From: an uncultured Gammaproteobacteria bacterium
GTDB taxonomy: Bacteria > Patescibacteriota > Microgenomatia > Levybacterales > UBA12049
Direction of reading: 5' to 3'
DNA length: 64,000 nt
NCBI GenBank assembly: GCA_964503265.1
Contig: CAZCYO010000003.1
Location: forward strand, 219,575-283,574
A program made the position numbers and the translations under genes. Of the stretch, positions 60,157 to 64,000 are shown in pieces; the stretch's first letter is position 1, and every line of letters starts with the position of its first letter. Under the pieces are notes generated by a model that saw only the letters and a program-made list of their open reading frames with translations, was not told the DNA's origin and ran no database searches.

Positions 60157-60498
60157 ATGTCTTCACCTGTCCGAACACTGTTAAATATTTTTCTTATTGT
60201 TGCACTCATTGGTGGTGTGTATTATCTTAGTCAAAATATTGACCAGCTTCGAATAAAAGCAGCACAAATGCTTCATGTTTCTCCAAAAGTATTGGGCGTA
60301 ACTACTCGCATAAATCCTGCTGATGAAATTAAAAAAGATGTGACTGAACAGGTTGATGTGGTTAAAAAACAAATGCTAAATATTCGTGTTTCTGATGTGT
60401 TGACGACTGTTGGAAGAGCACAAAAAATCGCACATGATATACAAGATCTTCGTACATTTACTTTTACACAGCTTGATGAGCTAAGAAAGAAAAAGTAA
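60157..60498 (+). CDS. Small membrane-anchored hypothetical protein
   Basis: ATG MSSPVRTLLNIFLIVALIGGVYYL (the track's start at 60112 trimmed). Confidence 0.45.
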   Translation: MSSPVRTLLNIFLIVALIGGVYYLSQNIDQLRIKAAQMLHVSPKVLGVTTRINPADEIKKDVTEQVDVVKKQMLNIRVSDVLTTVGRAQKIAHDIQDLRTFTFTQLDELRKKK

Positions 60499-60556
60499 GT
60501 TATCTATTGACACTCGTAAATGAATTCAACTACGCTAAATGTAGGAGAAAATAGTT

Positions 60557-61921
60557 ATGGATGATGTTGTTAGAAAAATAGCTGATACTCCCTCTGTCGT
60601 CCTTGATAAATCGATTCAAGCCTCTAATCATTTTATGAAGTCGGTAGAAAGGGATAGTAGGGTAAAACGTGCGAAAAACTACTGGAAATCACTTGGGCCT
60701 GGATTAACTACTGGTGCTGCAGACGATGATCCCTCTGGAATTGCTACATATTCTCAAACTGGTGCGAGATATGGATTTCAGCTTATCTGGCTTGCTGGGT
60801 TTACCTTTCCCCTTATGGCGATGGTTCAAGAAATGTGTGCACGTATTGGCCTCGTGACTGGACGGGGGTTGGCTGGTACTATTCGATTGTATTATCCCAA
60901 AAGGGTGCTATATCTTTGTGCCTTTCTTCTATTTATCGCAAATAGTCTCAATATTGGTGCTGATTTGGGTGCGATGGCAAAAGCTGTACAATTGATATTT
61001 CCGCAACTTGATTTTGGATTATTGATCGTAGGGATAACCATTATCACACTTGGTTTACAGATTTTTATTGATTATCAAATGTATGCTAAATATCTGAAAT
61101 GGTTAGCACTCGTGCTTTTCTCTTATATTTTCTCAGCTTTTTTCGTCCATATTAATTGGATCGACCTGTTTTATCAAGCGATTACACCCACAATTACCTT
61201 TTCTAAAGAACAAATTATTCTTATTTGTGCAATTCTAGGAACGACTATTTCACCCTATCTTTTCTTCTGGCAGACATCCCAAGAAGTAGAGGAAGCAATC
61301 CTTCATGGCAAAACGTCAATTCGTCTTCGAGAGACTACTTCAAAAGAAGAGATAAAACGAATGAGAACTGATGTGTGGAGTGGCATGTTCTTCTCAAATG
61401 CCGTCATGTTTTTTATCATCGCCACGTGTGCAGCGACGTTACATATGCAAGGGATTACAAATATTTCGACTACAGAAGAAGCTGCTAAAGCGCTTCGCCC
61501 AATTGGTGGAGATTATGCATATTTTCTGTTCGCACTTGGTGTGATCGGAACTGGGTTATTAGCGATTCCAATTCTTGCTGGGTCTGCGTCTTATGCAATT
61601 TCTGAAAGTTTAAAATGGAAACACGGACTGTACAGATCTCTTAAACAAGCACCTTCTTTTTACGGAATTATTATTATCTCGACCTTTATTGGACTAGCCA
61701 TGAACTTTGTGGGGATTGATCCAATCAAAGCACTTATTTACTCTGCAATTGCGAATGGACTTATCGCACCAATTATTCTTTATTTTATTGTGAGTATTAG
61801 TAGTAATAAAAGTATTATGGGTGAATGGGCGAATAAGGATTTTACTGCAGCTGTTGGGTGGTATGTGACTATTATCATGACTGTTGCTGGAATAGCAGCG
61901 ATATACTCTCTCTTCTTTTAA
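60557..61921 (+). CDS. mntH: NRAMP-family divalent metal transporter (MntH-like)
   Basis: GPGLTTGAADDDPSGIATYSQTGARYGFQLIW and MPH-like motifs; 11 TM helices. Confidence 0.85.
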   Translation: MDDVVRKIADTPSVVLDKSIQASNHFMKSVERDSRVKRAKNYWKSLGPGLTTGAADDDPSGIATYSQTGARYGFQLIWLAGFTFPLMAMVQEMCARIGLVTGRGLAGTIRLYYPKRVLYLCAFLLFIANSLNIGADLGAMAKAVQLIFPQLDFGLLIVGITIITLGLQIFIDYQMYAKYLKWLALVLFSYIFSAFFVHINWIDLFYQAITPTITFSKEQIILICAILGTTISPYLFFWQTSQEVEEAILHGKTSIRLRETTSKEEIKRMRTDVWSGMFFSNAVMFFIIATCAATLHMQGITNISTTEEAAKALRPIGGDYAYFLFALGVIGTGLLAIPILAGSASYAISESLKWKHGLYRSLKQAPSFYGIIIISTFIGLAMNFVGIDPIKALIYSAIANGLIAPIILYFIVSISSNKSIMGEWANKDFTAAVGWYVTIIMTVAGIAAIYSLFF

Positions 61922-61954
61922 ACCCCAAGGTGCAAATACGCTATAATACGTTTT

Positions 61955-62968
61955 ATGAACCCAGATGAATTAAAACTACGTGTTGAAAAGTTTTTAGAAA
62001 ACTTTCACCTTCTTGATAAAAAAAAGCAGATTGAAGTACTTCAAATTGAAGGTGGTAATCCAGATTTCTGGTTAGATCATAAGACTGCTGGTGAGAAAAT
62101 GAAAGAACTTTCAGATTTACAAAAAGAAGTAGAAGAAGCAGAGCTATTATCGTTATGGGTTGAAGAAGGAGAGTTTGCTGAAGCCGAGAAGTTACTTGTG
62201 AAGCTTGAGAAGTATCTCTATTTCTCAGGTGAATACGATACTGAAAATGCGATTGTTTCTATTCATTCAGGGCAAGGTGGTGTGGAGGCTATGGACTGGA
62301 CAGAAATGCTTTTTCGCATGTATACCCGTTATTTTGAGAGGCGTGGGTGGCAGTTTGATGTGTTTGATGAGACACCTGGTGAAGAAGCAGGACTTAAAAG
62401 TGTTTCTATCACGGTAAATGGAAAGTATGCGTATGGTTATTTAAAACACGAAGCTGGAGTACATCGTCTAGTACGTCAATCTCCTTTTAATGCAGATAAT
62501 CTTCGTCAGACATCATTTGCAATGGTAGAAGTTCTTCCTGAAGTCGAGAAAAATCCTGACATTCACATAAAAGATGATGAAGTTGAATTTGAAGCGTTTC
62601 GTGCAGGAGGTCATGGAGGACAGAATGTAAATAAAGTTTCAACTGCTGTTCGGATTAAACATATTGCCACAGGAATTGTCGTAACGGCTCATGCAGAACG
62701 TTATCAAGGACAGAATCGAGAAAATGCTATGAAGCTTCTTAAATCAAAACTCTGGGCACTTCAGGAAGAGGAAAGACTTAAAGAGGAAAAACGGCTTAAG
62801 GGTGGATATGTAACTCCTGGATGGGGAAATCAGATTCGTTCATATGTACTTCATCCATATCAAATGGTAAAAGACTTGCGTACTCAAATTGAAACATCCC
62901 AAACAGCTGCTGTGTTAGACGGGGATCTTGATATGTTTATAGAAGAAGAGCTCAGACAACTCTCATAA
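61955..62968 (+). CDS. prfB: Peptide chain release factor 2, single continuous frame
   Basis: SPF tripeptide (LVRQSPFNADN) and GGQ motif (FRAGGHGGQNVNKV). Confidence 0.9.
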   Translation: MNPDELKLRVEKFLENFHLLDKKKQIEVLQIEGGNPDFWLDHKTAGEKMKELSDLQKEVEEAELLSLWVEEGEFAEAEKLLVKLEKYLYFSGEYDTENAIVSIHSGQGGVEAMDWTEMLFRMYTRYFERRGWQFDVFDETPGEEAGLKSVSITVNGKYAYGYLKHEAGVHRLVRQSPFNADNLRQTSFAMVEVLPEVEKNPDIHIKDDEVEFEAFRAGGHGGQNVNKVSTAVRIKHIATGIVVTAHAERYQGQNRENAMKLLKSKLWALQEEERLKEEKRLKGGYVTPGWGNQIRSYVLHPYQMVKDLRTQIETSQTAAVLDGDLDMFIEEELRQLS

Positions 62969-63025
62969 AGGATCCCTGTGAGTTGCCAAACAATCTGAAA
63001 TATGCTTTACTGATACTAGGAAGTA

Positions 63026-63508
63026 TTGATTCTTATGGAAGGAAAAGAGACAACTAAAATTGATAAAGACGAGGCTGTTATGCATAATTTTTCTGATAAT
63101 CAAACATCATCATTTATTACTCCTTCAAAAATAGTCATATTACTAATTGTAGCCTTTTTAGGAATTGGTACAGGGTATATGCTCTCTAAGAATGGTGGAA
63201 AGATTGGTTCAGTGAGTATGGGATCTCCTACATCATCTTCTAGTATTCAGTCAGGTAAAACATACGGTTCAGATGATTTGAAAACGTATAAAGATAGTAC
63301 AGAGGGAGTGCTTAAAGAGGGTGGAATTGAAGGAGAAGGTCAATATCATTTAGAACGTCCAGGTGGAGAGAGTCAAAATGTCTATATGACTTCATCAACT
63401 GTCGATTTATCATTATTTCTTAATAAGAAAATAAAAGTTTGGGGTGCTACTCAAACTGCACAAAAAGCTGGTTGGTTGATGGATGTTGGTCGAGTTCAGA
63501 TGTTGTAG
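63026..63508 (+). CDS. Hypothetical membrane-anchored protein
   Basis: TM IVILLIVAFLGIGTGYML and an S/G-rich extracellular region. Confidence 0.45.
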   Translation: MILMEGKETTKIDKDEAVMHNFSDNQTSSFITPSKIVILLIVAFLGIGTGYMLSKNGGKIGSVSMGSPTSSSSIQSGKTYGSDDLKTYKDSTEGVLKEGGIEGEGQYHLERPGGESQNVYMTSSTVDLSLFLNKKIKVWGATQTAQKAGWLMDVGRVQML

Positions 63509-63591
63509 AAATGGATAGAATATAAAAGCTAGAAGTTAGAATACATACTATTTCTATCTTCTAACTCTTATCTTTTATCTCCTATATTATT

Positions 63592-64000
63592 ATGATTCAT
63601 TTTCAGAACGTTTCGAAAACATTTGGTACTGGTGAAATGGCACTTAGTGATATCACGCTTGATATTGAGCGTGGTGAGTTCGTTTTTTTGGTTGGACCAT
63701 CTGGATCCGGAAAAACAACGCTTATGCGCATGCTTATTCGTGACACTCTTCCAACTCAAGGGAAGTTAGTTGTTAGTGACTGGGATTTAACGAAACTTCC
63801 ATCTAATAAAATTCCTGATTTAAGAAAAAAAATTGGAGTTGTTTTTCAAGATTTGAAACTTTTGACAGAACGAACGATTTTTGAGAATATTCTTCTCCCT
63901 CTCCATATCTCCGGTGTCTCAGAAGCTGCCGCTATAAAAAAAGTGCACGATATTATGGAACAAGTTGGAATACTTCAGCATAAAGATAAGTTCCCCGTAC
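63592..64000 (+). CDS. ftsE: Cell-division ABC ATPase FtsE; 3' end lies beyond the window
   Basis: MIHFQNVSKTFGTGEMALSDITLDIERGEFVFLVGPSGSGKTTLMRML... Not in the track because it is truncated by the window edge. Confidence 0.85.
   Translation, partial: MIHFQNVSKTFGTGEMALSDITLDIERGEFVFLVGPSGSGKTTLMRMLIRDTLPTQGKLVVSDWDLTKLPSNKIPDLRKKIGVVFQDLKLLTERTIFENILLPLHISGVSEAAAIKKVHDIMEQVGILQHKDKFPV

Noticed and set aside
61955-62968. Programmed +1 frameshift in prfB
   Set aside because: RF2 is encoded in one continuous 337-aa frame from its ATG, and no in-frame early stop is seen.

Overview
This 64-kb window is low-GC (about 36-38%) bacterial DNA that reads standard stops (code 11) and is tightly packed with housekeeping genes. 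The transcription/translation core is nusA-infB-[DHH-like]-rpsO-pnp; rnj; ftsK; rpoB-rpoC-rpsL-rpsG; lepA; groES-groEL; rpsT; serS; secA; prfB-ftsE. Envelope genes are rodZ-like, mltG, murJ, a sortase with LPxTG-like substrates, and a cyclophilin. There are no rRNA, tRNA or CRISPR loci. The minimalist forms (IF-2 without an N-terminal extension, AlaRS without a C-terminal module, a Lon-like ATPase with no protease domain, many SD-less or leaderless starts) suggest a reduced, CPR/Patescibacteria-like or similar small-genome organism; that is inference. The most unusual content is two short high-GC (about 55-65%) cassettes at about 19.5-20.5 kb and 57.2-58.1 kb. Each has a long structured leader, a strong GGAGG Shine-Dalgarno, a small ORF encoding an internally duplicated protein, and a GC-rich intrinsic terminator. 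Also notable are a membrane-anchored Clp/Hsp100 ATPase whose first ATPase module looks catalytically dead, a Lon ATPase-only protein, a catalytically degenerate DHH/NrnA-like protein, and a secreted Cys-rich tandem-repeat protein operon. Two families of recurring intergenic motifs were found: the CTAGAAGTTAGAATA inverted-repeat elements and the TTTCGTATTTC...TTTCGAATTTTT arrays. The six-frame track uses alternative start codons, so several starts were moved to the first plausible ATG; boundaries of those calls are about +/-3 nt.
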